64,000 bases of DNA from Styela clava (GCF_964204865.1 NC_135253.1:20708001-20772000); one strand, 5' to 3'; positions 23,930 to 37,159 are shown, numbered from the stretch's first letter. Notes: generated by a model from the sequence alone, not told the origin. A program made the numbers and translations.

Positions 23930-24851
23930 ATTTAGACATACATTCCCTAATACGTATGGGACCACTGTCAAATTCTGGGTAAACGAAACAAAACAAGATT
24001 TGCTTAAGTAGACTGTAACAACCTATTTTCTTTCATGAAATGTTCTCTCCAGATTCGGCTCTGGGCAAGAGGCGACTGATACGCAGGGAGCCATTAGCAC
24101 ATTCTTAAAAATGGGTATTGCGGGTATGGATTGTAACAGCTTTTTTTATTAATATGTTTATCAAGTGTTCTCTACGAACCAGGCTCTACATGAGCAGACA
24201 GTGTTACGTAGAGAGTCACTACTGCATTCTGAGGTAACAAAGAAAATGGGAGTTGCTGAAGTAGACCGCAACGTCTTATTTTTTACTATGAAATCATCTC
24301 AGAACCACCATCACATTAAAAACGCATGTCGCAAGTTAAACTAAAACATCTCATTTGTTTTTAGGCTGTGGCACAGACCGGATACGTAGGAGTCCTCTAG
24401 TGCAATCTGAAGAAGAAAAACAAATAGGAAGATGCCGGATCAGACCGCTCAGTTTTTATGGAATATTTGAAACGCTCGCTCTAAATTATGATAAAATATT
24501 TTTTTTTTACTGTGTCCATCAGTATTTTAACAAACAATTATTCCGAATTTGTTTGATTTTTTTTAATTTTTTAACGCTTACCCGTGCTTTTCGCTTTAAA
24601 CAAGATCCTGTATAAATAAAGACCGTGCGACAAAATAGATTGCCGCGACACCGACTCAGTAATTTCCGGACGATTTATCAAAATTTCTCCAAAAAGTCGA
24701 TGGTGATCGATGTACATTGAATGTGTATAGATAACCTATTCTAACAGACATATAGACGCGTGTTCCATCAATTCTTCGGTTCCTGCGCGAAACTACGTTG
24801 CGATAAATCTATTCTCATTGAACCAAACTGTCAAATTTTAAATATTCTGCA

Positions 24852-25089
24852 GGCTCGCTCCCGTAGTATATTAACCAAGATGGCGAATATCTGAACATAG
24901 TATGTGTACCAGGTTAGGGTTAGGCCATAATTTTATTCCAATTTCCCTTATTTTAGTTATATTACAAGTTCGAGAACTAGCCAAGTGACTCCCGTAGTAT
25001 TTGTAACTGAAATTATTGCTTAACCCTAACCTGGTACACATATTACGTTCCGATGTCCGCCATCTTGGTTCACATACTTTGGAATGTCC
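24852..25089. mobile_element. Merlin-like MITE type B (foldback)
   Basis: ~75-bp inverted arms, each with CAAGATGGCG and GGTTAGGGTT. Confidence 0.8.
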
Positions 25090-25659
25090 ATTTTTCACTA
25101 CATTTACGTTTGTCAAGAAACAGTGCCGAAGCATAGGCTTTAAAGTGATCATGCACTCACTCCTAACTTCCAGAGCTGAGGTTTCAAACTTTATTTTAAG
25201 AGTGGAATCCCAATAGCATTCCAGGGTTAATCGGGTTTTATTGTCTGCATTGCATAAACTTTTAAATAAATATAAACAGAAATTGCATAAATATACAATA
25301 AAGAAAACCTAACACTGGCAAAACAAAATAATCTTTTTTTAACGGCAACCCTAATTGGCATTTACTTATATTTAAACAATCTACATATATTAGTATAAAC
25401 TCTCGATGTCGAAACATCTGATCTAGTGATATAGTCTATCTAATTTACGACATAATGCTACCTAGGTATTCTGTTTATTTAATAAATAAAGTAACATAGT
25501 CTAATTGGTGAAAATGAGAAGAAGATGACAACATATCTCAAAAATTAAAGCAAGGCGCAAGGGTCAATTCTTTCCAAAAAGGTCGAATTTTCAAATAGAG
25601 ATGGCAAAAAAGCCTCGCTTATATTAACAGCCTGCTTCTAGTAAACCCTGGCCATAGAA

Positions 25660-25950
25660 CAGACATCGGCAAAGTCCGGTCCGCGGGCCAAATCCGGCCC
25701 GTTATGTAATTCAATCTGGCCCAAGCAAACGGAAATCGAATTTTGATGTTTTAGCTAAAAATAGATCAAGGAATTTGTTGAGATTGCGGTAAAATTTAAT
25801 TTTGGCACGAGGAATATTGTTTTCCACCTTTGCTTTGTAACACTGCAGATATTGTTCTTAATATGTTACTTTTTACGGCACACTTACATAGCCCGCCGTC
25901 TAGGTGGGCAAAATGTTTGGCCCCTGGTTCGAAAACCTTGCCCGCCCCTG
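25660..25950. mobile_element. hAT MITE, GGCCCGCGGGCC family
   Basis: CAGACATCGGCAA...TTGCCCGCCCCTG; TSD ccatagaa/ctataaaa (6/8). Confidence 0.8.
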
Positions 25951-26569
25951 CTATAAAAGCATATACAGATAGTGTTGTCTAGTCACTAGACTCTAGTGCG
26001 ATACGTATAGTGAAAAGGGTAGATACTTCACTGTTCTATTATAAATTATGATTTAATAATAGCGCAGTCGGAAACATTTCATTCACAAATAATTACAGGT
26101 TTTTTTAACGGATTAGTTACTCAATGAAATTTCACTGATGGAGCAAGTACTTGTTGGCCAACATGATATAATTAATTTCATCATTTGATTTGAAACGATT
26201 TGCCGAAGTTGTGAGGGTCGGGTTGATGTCTTTGACAAGTACCGTGTTTTACGTATCACAGGGCGCACTTTAAATCTATTTTTCTCAAAAATCTATCATG
26301 CACCCTAAAAGCCGATGCGCATAATGTATGCATCAGGTAATGCTTTATGCTTTATTGCACACAATCATTTTGTTAATGGGCTTAAACGGTAACCAAATAT
26401 TCCTTAAAAACCGTGTGGCCTTACAACCCGATGCTTTATATGGTACGTAAAATACGGTTAATTATTTTCCACTATCTTACCAATGAATAACACGATCAAA
26501 GTATACATTTTTTTATGTATATCAACTTCAACTATACCACAAATCTCCTCTCAAATTCTAACTACTTGC

Positions 26570-27190
26570 CTCAAAGTTTTATATTTATCTTGACACAGAA
26601 CGTACCATGAACCCCACTTCATATAATTGAATGCTACTTCATATTATGGTTCCTCTGACTACTTGCCCAAAGTTTTATATTTATCCTAACACAGGATGCC
26701 CCTACAAATGCCTCTTTATACCATACTTTGATCATTTAACTAAAGTTTGATATCTTCTTATACCCGGAACATATTCTGATTCGAACCCGATATACTTACT
26801 ACAAGATTCCATAAAGTTTTATATCTATCCTAACCCAGAGTGTATCATGAAAATTTAATATGTTTACTTCAAAATGCCATAAAGTTTTATGTTCATCCAA
26901 ACCCACAGAATATCATCACAATTTTAGTCAGCCAAAGTTTTTAACACAGAACATACCACGATTCTCAGTATATATGCTTGGTCTTATCATTTTTCCGAAG
27001 TTTCATACTTATCCTTACCCAGAACAATCCCACTTTACATGCTTACTCCAAGCATTTATCTGAGGTTTTATATCTATCCTAACACAGGTCGTGCTATGAA
27101 TCCCACTCCATATGTTTTCTCAGACCATTCAATGCCACTCTATATGCTCACCCTAAGATTTTAATATCCCTAATCAGAACACACCGTGAA
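26570..27190. repeat. Degenerate minisatellite (AAAGTTTTATATCTATCCTAACACAGA core)
   Basis: Core recurs about eight times at ~60-95 bp spacing. Confidence 0.75.
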
Positions 27191-27908
27191 ATTTAAGCTT
27201 CGAAAAATATCATCAAATTTGATTTAAATCAAACCCTTGTTTTAAAACAGACTGTTTTTTAAGAATTGATAAAAAAGAAAACCCTACTCATTTACATTAA
27301 AGAACCAAGCATCTCCTTTCCTCGCAACTAAAACACTTCTGTCTCTTTAATATTTCGTTGTTAAAGACTGGCACCGCTACCTGCTTGAGTAATTTGAAAA
27401 TTCACTTAATTCACGTAATACTAACTGGCCATCAAAGTGATTACTGTTATGTTTTTTTAATAAATACATATTAAGAAAGTTGAGTGCTTTAGGTTGTTCA
27501 TATTGAGTAATATGGCGTTCGGAACCGGTAATTATGAACCGTGTTTCATCTATTTATGGTATATTAACTATCACTCAGTAATGAATTCAATGGGTTGTTA
27601 ATGTAATAATTACCTTGAAAGCGGTTGAAAGCTTGAGTGCTCAAGATGAAAAATATTTGAAAAATTTTACTTTTTTGCCGATTGATAATTGCAGCTCATT
27701 GGCCTTAAATGCGGATTATTCTGCATTATGACAAACTTCATTATTTAAATTATTTTTTTTTCAAAAACGCTTAGAAGTTTTTATTCAAAAATAAAGAAAA
27801 TTAAGAAAATTAAACGCTCTCAGAGCACTCGTTTGAGAATTTAGAAAGTAGATGTTCTCAGTGAGTCTATACAACCAAAGGCGGTGCCTCAAAAATGTCG
27901 TTTGCACT

Positions 27909-28117
27909 TGTCCCGTAGTGTGTCTACCAGGTTAGGGTTAGGCCATAATTTTGTTCCGATTTCTCCTATTTTATTTATATTACGAGTTCGGGGACTGTCT
28001 GTTAGCCAAGTGAATATACCCCCTGCTCATAGATTTCAGTCCCTTTACACAACTTGATGTTAAGTAGGCGAACAAAATTAGTTACTTCCATATTGGTACA
28101 CACACTTCTGGAGCGCT
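27909..28117 (+). mobile_element. Merlin-like MITE type A
   Basis: Near-full-length copy with GGTTAGGGTTAGG. Confidence 0.8.
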
Positions 28118-28665
28118 CTTTTTAGCACACTTGCGCCACTTGTTTCACACTTGTCCCACCATCAGTTTTACTCACTTGTTCCAAACCTATCCTTCTTGTT
28201 CCATATGAAAGTAAATATGTTATTGCCTTTGAAAAATCGCGATTAACGTTACGCACATGCGCTTGTCCTGTTTCAATATGCAAGCAATAGATATTTACGT
28301 TTCTCATGACGCTCACACACACTGTAAAAAATTACTTCTCTTTGAACTGTCATTCAAAAACTCCAAAAAAGCTACATTGTACTATTAGAAAATTTATATA
28401 TTTATTATTTACTGTAATATAATAGTAAACAAGTAAAAATAATATTGAAATTGTATTGAATTGCATTAATATGACGTAATTACATATCAAATAACAAAAA
28501 ATTTACAGAAATTCTAACAGTTTTATGTTTTTACATATTATATAATTCAATATATATATATCATATTGTGTATGAGTCACTACCTGTTTTTATTGCGTCA
28601 CAATGCAAACTAAATGTTTATTTATTTATAATATTCGTCTCGAATTCACGTATTTTGGTCCAAAC

Positions 28666-28931
28666 AAGGGATGGGGGTGCCAACTTTGAATGGCGTGCGG
28701 TCCGCGAAACAAATTTTTAGTTTAGGTTTTTCTCGTACATGCGGTTAATTTCAATCCATTTCCGTTGCAAAGCCTATATCTGATGCCTGTGACGTTACAT
28801 TGTCCTTAACAGCTGGCTTGAAAACTTTTGCGCAACTACTAGAGAAAGCCTATGTTAAATAGAGTTGTGGCCCGCTGTTTCGCCCAGTTATTTGTATCTG
28901 GCCCGCATGTAATAAAGGTTGCACACCCCTG
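28666..28931. mobile_element. hAT-type MITE (CAGGGGTGTGCAAC family)
   Basis: Reverse-orientation homologue of 1998-2283. Confidence 0.7.
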
Positions 28932-29435
28932 TACTAAGCGATTCAAGAGTCTTGCTACACACTAACACAAATAAAATTTTGTAACGTTACGTCTTACCAT
29001 GGCCAGACATCCCAGACAGGCATAATTCAAATACATTTTGTTAAAAGTTTGTAACTTGCTGCTATGTGTTTATTCAATACAGTAAAGAATCATATGTCTA
29101 GTCATATTACCAATTTATCATATGATACTTCATTATCTGCAATATCATCATATATAAAATAACGTGATATCCTTCTAAATTCCTCACTGGGAGCATTTAT
29201 CATTGTCACAATTTTTTTTTTGAATGAGTAAACTCTAAAATTTCCAAAAATAAGAATGTTACCCTAAGTTTCGATTAGATGATCTATGCCAGGGGTGTGC
29301 AACCTTTTTTTTAATACGGCAGGGGGGTAGGGGTGGAGGGGTAGAGTTTTTCATAAGTTATATCACAATCATTATTATTTTAGAGAAAAACATAAGTTTA
29401 AAAATTGAGAATAGGATATTCTAACCTTGGCTGAA

Positions 29436-29620
29436 ATAGGATTTACATATTTATCCAGTTGGGGAGGAAATATGATAAGACGACCCGATAATATGGCAAA
29501 CCACGGCCTCTTGTCAGGTTACATAGTTATTCAGATTAGTTTCAGACACAGCATGATCTTGATGGTAGAGAAAGCCATCAGTATAGCCTACATGGTATTC
29601 TATGGCGCATAGACAACACT
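29436..29620 (-). mobile_element. SINE, 3' part
   Basis: ATAGGATTTACATATTTATCC... homologous to 36441-36640. Confidence 0.65.
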
Positions 29621-29626
29621 TTATAA

Positions 29627-29862
29627 GGGACTCCCGAAGTATGCGAACCAAGATGGCCGACATCGAAATGTAATATGTGTACTAGGTTAGGGTTAGGCCA
29701 TAATTTTAGGTATAAATACTACGGGAGGCTCTTGGCTAGTCTTCGAACTGATAATAGGACTAAAATAAGAAAAATTGGAAAAAAATTATCGCCTAACCCT
29801 AACCTGTTACCCATGTTACGTTGCGATGTCCGCCATCTTGGTTCGCATACTTCGGGAGCACC
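29627..29862. mobile_element. Merlin-like MITE type B (foldback)
   Basis: Long inverted arms; perfect 8-bp TSD CTTTATAA. Confidence 0.88.
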
Positions 29863-29902
29863 CTTTATAATAATGTCCAGTTTTACTCACAACTTTCTAC
29901 AT

Positions 29903-30191
29903 CAGTGTTTCTCAAACGGTGGGGCGCGCCCGGCAAGGGGGGCGTCGTCAATTTTTTGGGGGGACGTGAAACTCTCAAAAAATAAAAATATTCGTTAGAT
30001 TTGATTTTTCCCGCCTTATTTTGGATATTTACCTTCCATCCACGTATTTCCAAAGTGTTTTTTGAATAAAACATACTTTCGCCTTTCTATCTGTTATTTG
30101 TAGGTTATTGCTAGCTAGTTAATTTTGACGTGGGGCACAAAACTTGCCAAATTCTAAGAAGAGCGCGGCTTAAAAAGTTTGAGAACCACCG
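29903..30191. mobile_element. hAT MITE (CAGTGGTTCTCAAAC family)
   Basis: CAGTGTTTCTCAAAC / GTTTGAGAACCACCG. Confidence 0.75.
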
Positions 30192-31759
30192 TGCCATATC
30201 AATGCACGGCTCTACACCACACTGTCTACATTCAAATATAAACCTTTCAATACAAATCCGATCGCGTCAATGCCTGCATGTGACGCCCTTACCAGTCAAC
30301 ATCCACTTTTATCTGAGGTTACGAAACCTTGAATTGTACAAACTTATATGCAAAATACAAATGTAATGAAACATTTTCGGAAACCCCAAAACATGAATAT
30401 CATTTTCTTATCTGATGAATATTGAATTACAAAATGGGATCAAAGAATTACAATCGGGACGAGATCTCGAATAAATTATTCACGTTTATTTCCTGTGTGT
30501 TTTTATCGCTGCAATTTAGTTTCAGTTTCGGGTTTAAAAATATTCAGAGTCGCCGATTTTTTCATATAAATTCGGTCAATGCAAGGTTGCGAGCTTTCTA
30601 ATAAAAGTTAAAAATAGATGATATAAAAATTTAGGTCGATTTTGTGTCTCAAAATAAACAAATTTTCTCTCAAGTAGATTTTTCCAAAAAAAGGTCGTGA
30701 TATCTCCATTTAGCATAAAAACTGGCGAAACCACAGACGCGCAATTATATTTCAGTAATCAGGAGCGTAGTCAGTTTTCCTTGAGGGTAGCCCCTCCCCC
30801 CACCACCTTATTTGTAAATGTAAAAAAGAGCAAGAGCATTTTTCTTATCATATACAGCATTATAGCATATATAACATTTTTAAACCCTCAAGGCTCTTGA
30901 AAACTCACTCTAATTTCGAAGTTAAAAATTTCAAAAGTCTCTTTGAAACGCCTTTTTTAATATTCCTGGCTACGCCGCTGTTAATTATATCAAAAAGTTA
31001 TATATTGTTCATCACTTTAATTACTTGTAAATCTGATATAACGGGGTCATAACCTAAAATAAGTCCTTGCACAAAATGCCCAATGCTGGTTTGAGACCAA
31101 CGCTTCGATTCCAGCAGAACCTATAGTACAACCTGCTTCACAAAGCTGTCTCAGCTATTTTTGTACGAATTCCTATCATAGATCTATCGCCGTTGCTGAT
31201 TATGAATTGTTGATTTCATCCTACGACACAAGCAAAGCAAAACTAGCACTATCAATATAGTAGAGTAAGATTTAAAAAGATTTACTTTACGGATGTCTGA
31301 ATCATTTCTTTTTATTATATTACGCTCAGACTATTATGAATAACACACACCAACTATATATGCAATCTTCGTGATTTCCGTTTCTTACGTGAATCAAGTT
31401 AACAAATCCCACTGAAGAGCATTTAAGTTTTTTTTACCTTTTCGCCAAGGGTATGACCAAGCTATCAATATAGAATAAGAAGTTACTACTGCTTCCGCCT
31501 TTCGGAACAAGCCATTACAATTTAAAAACTACTTAAAAATATATAGTAGTCAAGATTGAATGCCGAGGCCCTTAAGGCGTGAGCTTACCTTGCCTGATGG
31601 TAAATCCGGTCCTCTTTGTTAGCAACCGTGGCCTATATTAATCAATTCTTGGGTGGAGATAGAAACAGTAGGCAACGCGGAACTCTAAATACCTCAGGCC
31701 AGCATTGCCAAGATCGGTTAGGCGATGGGAATTATTCAAACATATATTTGTTTCAGAAC

Positions 31760-32235
31760 TACGATTCGCGTCCGTCCATGTCGGGGTTATTTAGCCAGTT
31801 ATTTGTTTCAGACTCACGGACTTGATGGTGGAGAAAGCCGTAAATGAGCAGCGACTAAATCACCACTCTACGACGAAAACTTGCAAGAACGAGTACTCCG
31901 AGCTTAGCAGTACCTAACGCTTAGCACAGGGGCAACTTCTCTAGTCGGCGGGTCGGATGTGGGAAAGTGAAGTTCTCGGTAGGCCGGATTAAAACATGAA
32001 TAGTATTCAATATCTTAATCCCATATTTATTCGCTTATGCAAGAAAGAAAGTTATAAATCGCGTTTAAAGTAAAGTTTAAACTTTACAAAAAATGGAGAC
32101 CAAAAAACACATAATGAATTTATCATAATGTACTAAAAGTTTAATTATGTAATATTATATTGTACTGATGTAAAGTCAAAATCTCGTCGCGGGCCGTATG
32201 TTGCCCACCCCTGGCTTAGCACGTTGCGCCGCCAA
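31760..32235 (-). mobile_element. SINE, degraded, interrupted by a hAT MITE
   Basis: AGTTATTTGTTTC..GGACTTGATGG and ACCTAACGCTTAGCAC match 36557-36715. Confidence 0.6.
31927..32213. mobile_element. hAT MITE inserted in a SINE
   Basis: CAGGGGCAAC...GTTGCCCACCCCTG; perfect TSD GCTTAGCA. Confidence 0.85.
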
Positions 32236-34218
32236 TTGTTGACCTCCAATCTGTTGTCAAGCTTACCAGCGCAATGCTATATTACAGTTAAAATTATTGA
32301 TGATGAGTCTACACTTCGTTAACACAACTTATTTGCATTACTTTAATAAACGTGAACTTCAAGACTCTAAAATATTAAAATTCAGTTTCGTTTGCGTATT
32401 GTCTTGTGTGAAACTAGGAACAGATAGGTCACGAGAAGAAACCGGAAGGAAGTATCGTCGAATAAGAAAGCTCTATAAAAGGTCAATAACATGGCCGAGT
32501 TTATTACTGATAAAACGTAATATAAGATATCGTGATAAACGGCTTATCATTCGTTGAAAACTTGAAATTTTAAACCAACGATTCCTGAGAAATTATTTTC
32601 ATAATGGTGTAGGTCTGTAAGCAATTAGCCAAATTCACCAGGATGTAAGACAAAATATTGCGAGCCGTTTTGTGAATTCACATCAATAATTAAAAAAATC
32701 TTGTTCTTCAAATTGTGACAATCTTGCATGAATATTTGATTATTATAATAAAATATATCGTAGATATAACTCGAATTCTATAGTACTTCAAGGTCAATCA
32801 ATTGGAAGAATGGAAAACTGTATCTAAGGGCCATTGACTAGGTCTAACGACATCTAAGAAGCTTCTGCTCTTTGGAAGGACTGAAATCTTTGACGCGTGG
32901 GATTTGGACCAGCTATGAACAATCCGCAATAAACATCATCGTTTATTACAACGATTCAAACACTGGCCCATTGCGTCGCTTTGGCACTTATTTTGTCACT
33001 TATAAAAGAAAATAAAAGGGGATTATCACCGCTAAAAAGGACCTGAAGATATTAGTCAAACTAGTTACCCGATGTGCATATCCGATGTATGCACTTGAGT
33101 CTAGTAGTTTTAATTAGGAATGGATTATTGGCACTGGTGAGCCCAATCGTAGGCCCTCATAAGTCGCAAAGTTTTCTCATCAGTGTCGCATATCGAACTC
33201 CAAGGTTTACTATTCCAGTCGCAATAAAGAAGAACTCAACAATGTTGGCATTGCTGATTATATTGCCCATATCCCCCCTTTTATTGCAGACCACGGTTGT
33301 TATTGAACGTAGCCGGTTAAATCATAAATTACTATTATTAGGTTAAGTTAATACTGATTTGATGTTATAACGGAAGAAACTAGGAAGCCGAAATACACTG
33401 AGATTGAAATTAACGCGCCCTTCAAAGTGCTTATTGATTGATTCAAATTACTGGTAGGCAGTCGGTCAAAGGTTAAATATCGGTTTACATACTTTTCTGA
33501 GTTAAAGGCTTTCAACATATAGAAGCTGTTTGTTGATGTATGAAAAAGAGACATGTGGTTATATACATTTAATGTGAAATACATAAATTCAATTTGTTTT
33601 ATTCAAAAGACATGCAAGGTTGCAAGGCTTGCATGCTTTTTAGGTCCCTAGTTGGTCTCTTTGTGTCACATATGTGGTTGCTACTGACATTGGATATAGA
33701 CGTCTCTAAACGAGCAGCTTGATTTTTAACACCCATGGTAGAAGAAATCCAAGTTGCAAAATAAAATGACACAGTCAATATGCAAACTTATCGTCAATCA
33801 ACAACAAGTATTTGAATTTACTGCCTTACATAATAGTTAGAGTAGTTAAATAAATAAAGTTTATTTTCAAAACCGATCCGCGAAAAAATTCTGTTTCAAA
33901 ACGGTCGTCGATCCGAAAATGATTGCTGCCCCCTGTCTCAAGATATCGTTCAAAAATTCAAATTGCCAATCTAATCGCGCAGTAACGACATGTAACTACA
34001 TACAAGAATCTCAGAATACATTAAAAATTGTTGAATTATTTATTGATAAAATGTTACACATCCTGTTAAATTATTGCACGAAGCACTTAATGCAATATTG
34101 CAGATAAGCTGTACATAGTTAGAAAAGCACTATTTCCCGTGTGAGTCTCTGAGTGAGAAAAATGCAGGTGAACATCTTATCAGAGATTTTAAATTTGAGC
34201 AATCTTATTTCAACCGAG

Positions 34219-34431
34219 GGTACTCCCGAATTATGTGAACCAAAATAGCGGACACCGAAACGTAGTATGTGTACCAGGTTAGGGTTAGGCCATGATTTCA
34301 GGTACAAATACTATGGGAGTCAATTGGCTAGTCCCCGAACTCGTAATAGAACCAAAATCAGTAAAATTGGAACCCTAACCTGGTACACATACTACGTTCC
34401 GGTGTCCGCCATCTTGGTTCGCATACATTTC
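34219..34431. mobile_element. Merlin-like MITE type B
   Basis: Same arms; small internal deletion. Confidence 0.8.
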
Positions 34432-34679
34432 GCAACTGTGAAAAAGTCTGGCTGCCACAATTCATCATAGAATTTTTATGTCCAGCAATATTCTTCTTTT
34501 CCATACGATATCCAAAATAGTTAAGGTGAAACTTTCTTATAAATAATTGAGTAAATATCATTGATTTGGCAAAGACCGACATAAAATATTTTAATTCTCT
34601 GTCAGATGAAAAATTTGCAGCGCGATTTTGGAAAATGAATCCTAAAAATGCCCCTGATTATCTCGTATTATTTTTAAGA

Positions 34680-35460
34680 AAAAATTCCAATGTTCTTTGA
34701 GGCATTTTTGCGATCTGTTGCTGGGACTATACACGAGATTGAAATTCAGGCTTTGCAAAACAGAAAATAAAAATCTTATCTACAAAATTAAATTCTATAA
34801 TTATTGAAATTATTCTACCTGATGATTTACGCGCCAATTAAATTTATTGTAGACCAGATTGGAGGATCAAAAAGTGATCTAAATGCGCATGATTTCATCG
34901 CTCAAACTACATGTTCTATGAGATTGCAATTCATGCTTTGCAGAACATAAAATAAAAACCTTACGTCAAACACAATTTGAATCCTATGTTTGTTAAACTT
35001 ATTTTATCTGATCAATTACACGTCAATTGAATTTATTGTAAACTATAAAGAGGCCAAGAATTAAATCTGAATACACACGATCTCCCCGCTTGAATCAATT
35101 AAATACCTTCCTTATTATTCAAATCGAAAATGTTTAATAATTGACATTTGATTCGATTCCCGTGCACAGGCAGAACGACGCGTTTTTTACTAAAAGTCCT
35201 GAACGCATGGTCTCTCCGCTTAAATCAATTAATTACCTGTCCTATTATTCAAATCAAAAAGATTTAATAATTGACATTCGATTGGATTCCTTTGCACAAG
35301 CAGAACATCGCGATTGTTACTGAATGCCCTGAACGCACGATTTTCCGCTTAAATCAATTAAATACCTGCCCTACTGACCAATTGCAAATATTTATTAATT
35401 GGCATTAATTAATTCGATTCCCGTGCACAAGCAGAACGTCGCAATTGTCACTGAGAGCAC
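34680..35460. repeat. Degenerate tandem repeats (~195-bp x2, then ~125-bp x3)
   Basis: GAGATTG.AATTCA.GCTTTGCA.AACA twice; CCGCTT.AATCAATTAA.TACCT three times. Confidence 0.7.
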
Positions 35461-36159
35461 AAACGTTTCTAAATAATATATTAATTACAGTTTTTGTAAA
35501 TTGTAAAAAATTTCGCTATAAAAAATTCTACACCCCTTCAGAAATGCAACTGTAAGTTGGATCAAGTAAAACTTTAGTTGTTGATTTGTTCCTAACAATT
35601 CAGCCCACATCCTGATTCTTCTCTGAGACAACAAAACCTGAACTCACTTTGTCGCAATTTTTAATTTATATTCGTTAAACTTCTGCTATAGCTGATGAAT
35701 CGTGAGGCAATTAAAGTTACTACAAATAAATAATTTATATTCAAAAACTACATGCCCTGGATTTAAATTCAGAAAATAATAAAATATAAAATTGCATTCA
35801 AATTGGAATTTTAACCGTTTGTTTATTTTTGAAACAAATTGAAGAAACATCATTAATTTTCGATAAATTTATAAATGAATAAAATATAAAATAATATAAT
35901 AAAGCTACCTTCAGTTGATTTAAAACCCGGTGCTATTATGTTTACAACACCATTGATGACTATATTGTGTGACCGCAAAATATTTATGCAACGTCCAAAA
36001 AACGTGCAAAAAAAAAAAAAATTCATTTGACCTCAGTAATGTGACGGTAATGTCAATTAACACTCTTCCAATTATGACATCACAATGAGATCACTTTCCA
36101 CGAACCCGCGCTTTTTCTTGTCCGTTGGTTAGCGGAGCAGTAATAATACAATTATTGAT

Positions 36160-37159
36160 TCCAAAGAAAAATCCATCATTTTCACGATGAATGGGAGGTG
36201 GATATATTTATACCACCATAAAAACAGCCTGCGTGTGTCTTATTACTGAGCCGATTTTAGCGACGGCTAAGCGGAGAGATATTTCACATCTTGTCACGTA
36301 ATCTTCCGCGCTAACTACCCACTGGTCAGCACAGTACGGACAGAAAAAGCTCGCGATTCAAATCATACAGCAAACCTATTTTACGAGACCATCGTTTGTT
36401 TCAACTTATCCTTTCGAATCAACATTTTTGACATAAACTCAGGATAGGAGGAGATTTACATATTTATCCCGGGGGAGAAGATAGCCGATAGGACAGCTTA
36501 ACCATATGATAAACCACGGCTTCTCGCCGGTTACCATTCGATGTCGGGTATGGAATTAGTTATTTGTTTCCGGAAGCCTGGACTTGATGGCGAAGGAAGC
36601 CTTAACCGACCAGCGGTTACGTGAACCACCCTAAAGCGGCGAGGAGTCCAGCAATCCTTTTGCACATAAGAATCCCCGCATGGGATTCTAACCTGCGAAC
36701 CTAACGCTTAACACGATGGGCCATAGCGCCGCGACTCACTCCACCAGGAACAAACATGAAACACGCCTCACTGATGAAAATCTGCAAGACCTGCTCAGAG
36801 TTACAGTGTCAAGTTACACGTCGGAGTATAATACTCTGCAACATTTGATAGTACAACTCTTAAGTCCATTTTATCTTAGAATTGTGCAGAGTGTTGAAAA
36901 TCAATTTGAAAACACTCAGTTTTGAAATACGAGTGTAATTGATAGAAATTTATTTGCAACGTTGTGATAATCGTTTGATTTCCTGAAGAATCCTAAAGTT
37001 TATTAGTGTCTATACTTCACTAAATACCAGTAATTATATCAATAATTGAAGCTTAATCGAGCAACTGATTTTTTTAGAAGTGTACATTCAACTGGTAGCC
37101 CGCAGCTTAATCTGTACTCTAAAAGTAGCCCTCGGCTTCGAAAAGGTTGGTGACCCCTG
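36160..37159 (+). pseudogene. Internally deleted hAT Buster/Charlie (GTF2IRD2/EPM2AIP1-like) transposase relic with right TIR
   Basis: Frameshifted N-terminus QRKIHHFHDEWEVDIF / CVCLI..LATAKR / FTSCH..FRANYP / QQTYFTRP. C-terminus RNKHETRLTDENLQDLLRV (hAT dimerisation region). End AAAAGGTTGGTGACCCCTG. Confidence 0.75.
36441..36735 (-). mobile_element. tRNA-derived SINE, near full length
   Basis: Minus strand: A-box-like TGGCCCATCGTG, B-box-like GGTTAGAATCC, tail GATAAATATGTAAATC..CCTATCCT; three more copies in window. Confidence 0.75.

Noticed and set aside
24871-25216. Recurring MCTRLGL / PNPNLVHIL ORFs (also at 29675, 34119, 34267, 48205) suggesting a peptide family
   Set aside because: They are translations of the non-coding foldback MITE (TTAGGG gives LG/PN).
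27930-27942. GGTTAGGGTTAGG as a telomere or telomere-fusion relic
   Set aside because: Only about two units, always at a fixed position within MITEs.
32800-33600. Coding-like composition with Cys/Trp-rich fragments on the minus strand
   Set aside because: All frames are interrupted by stops and I recognised no homology; BLASTX would be needed to call a pseudogene.
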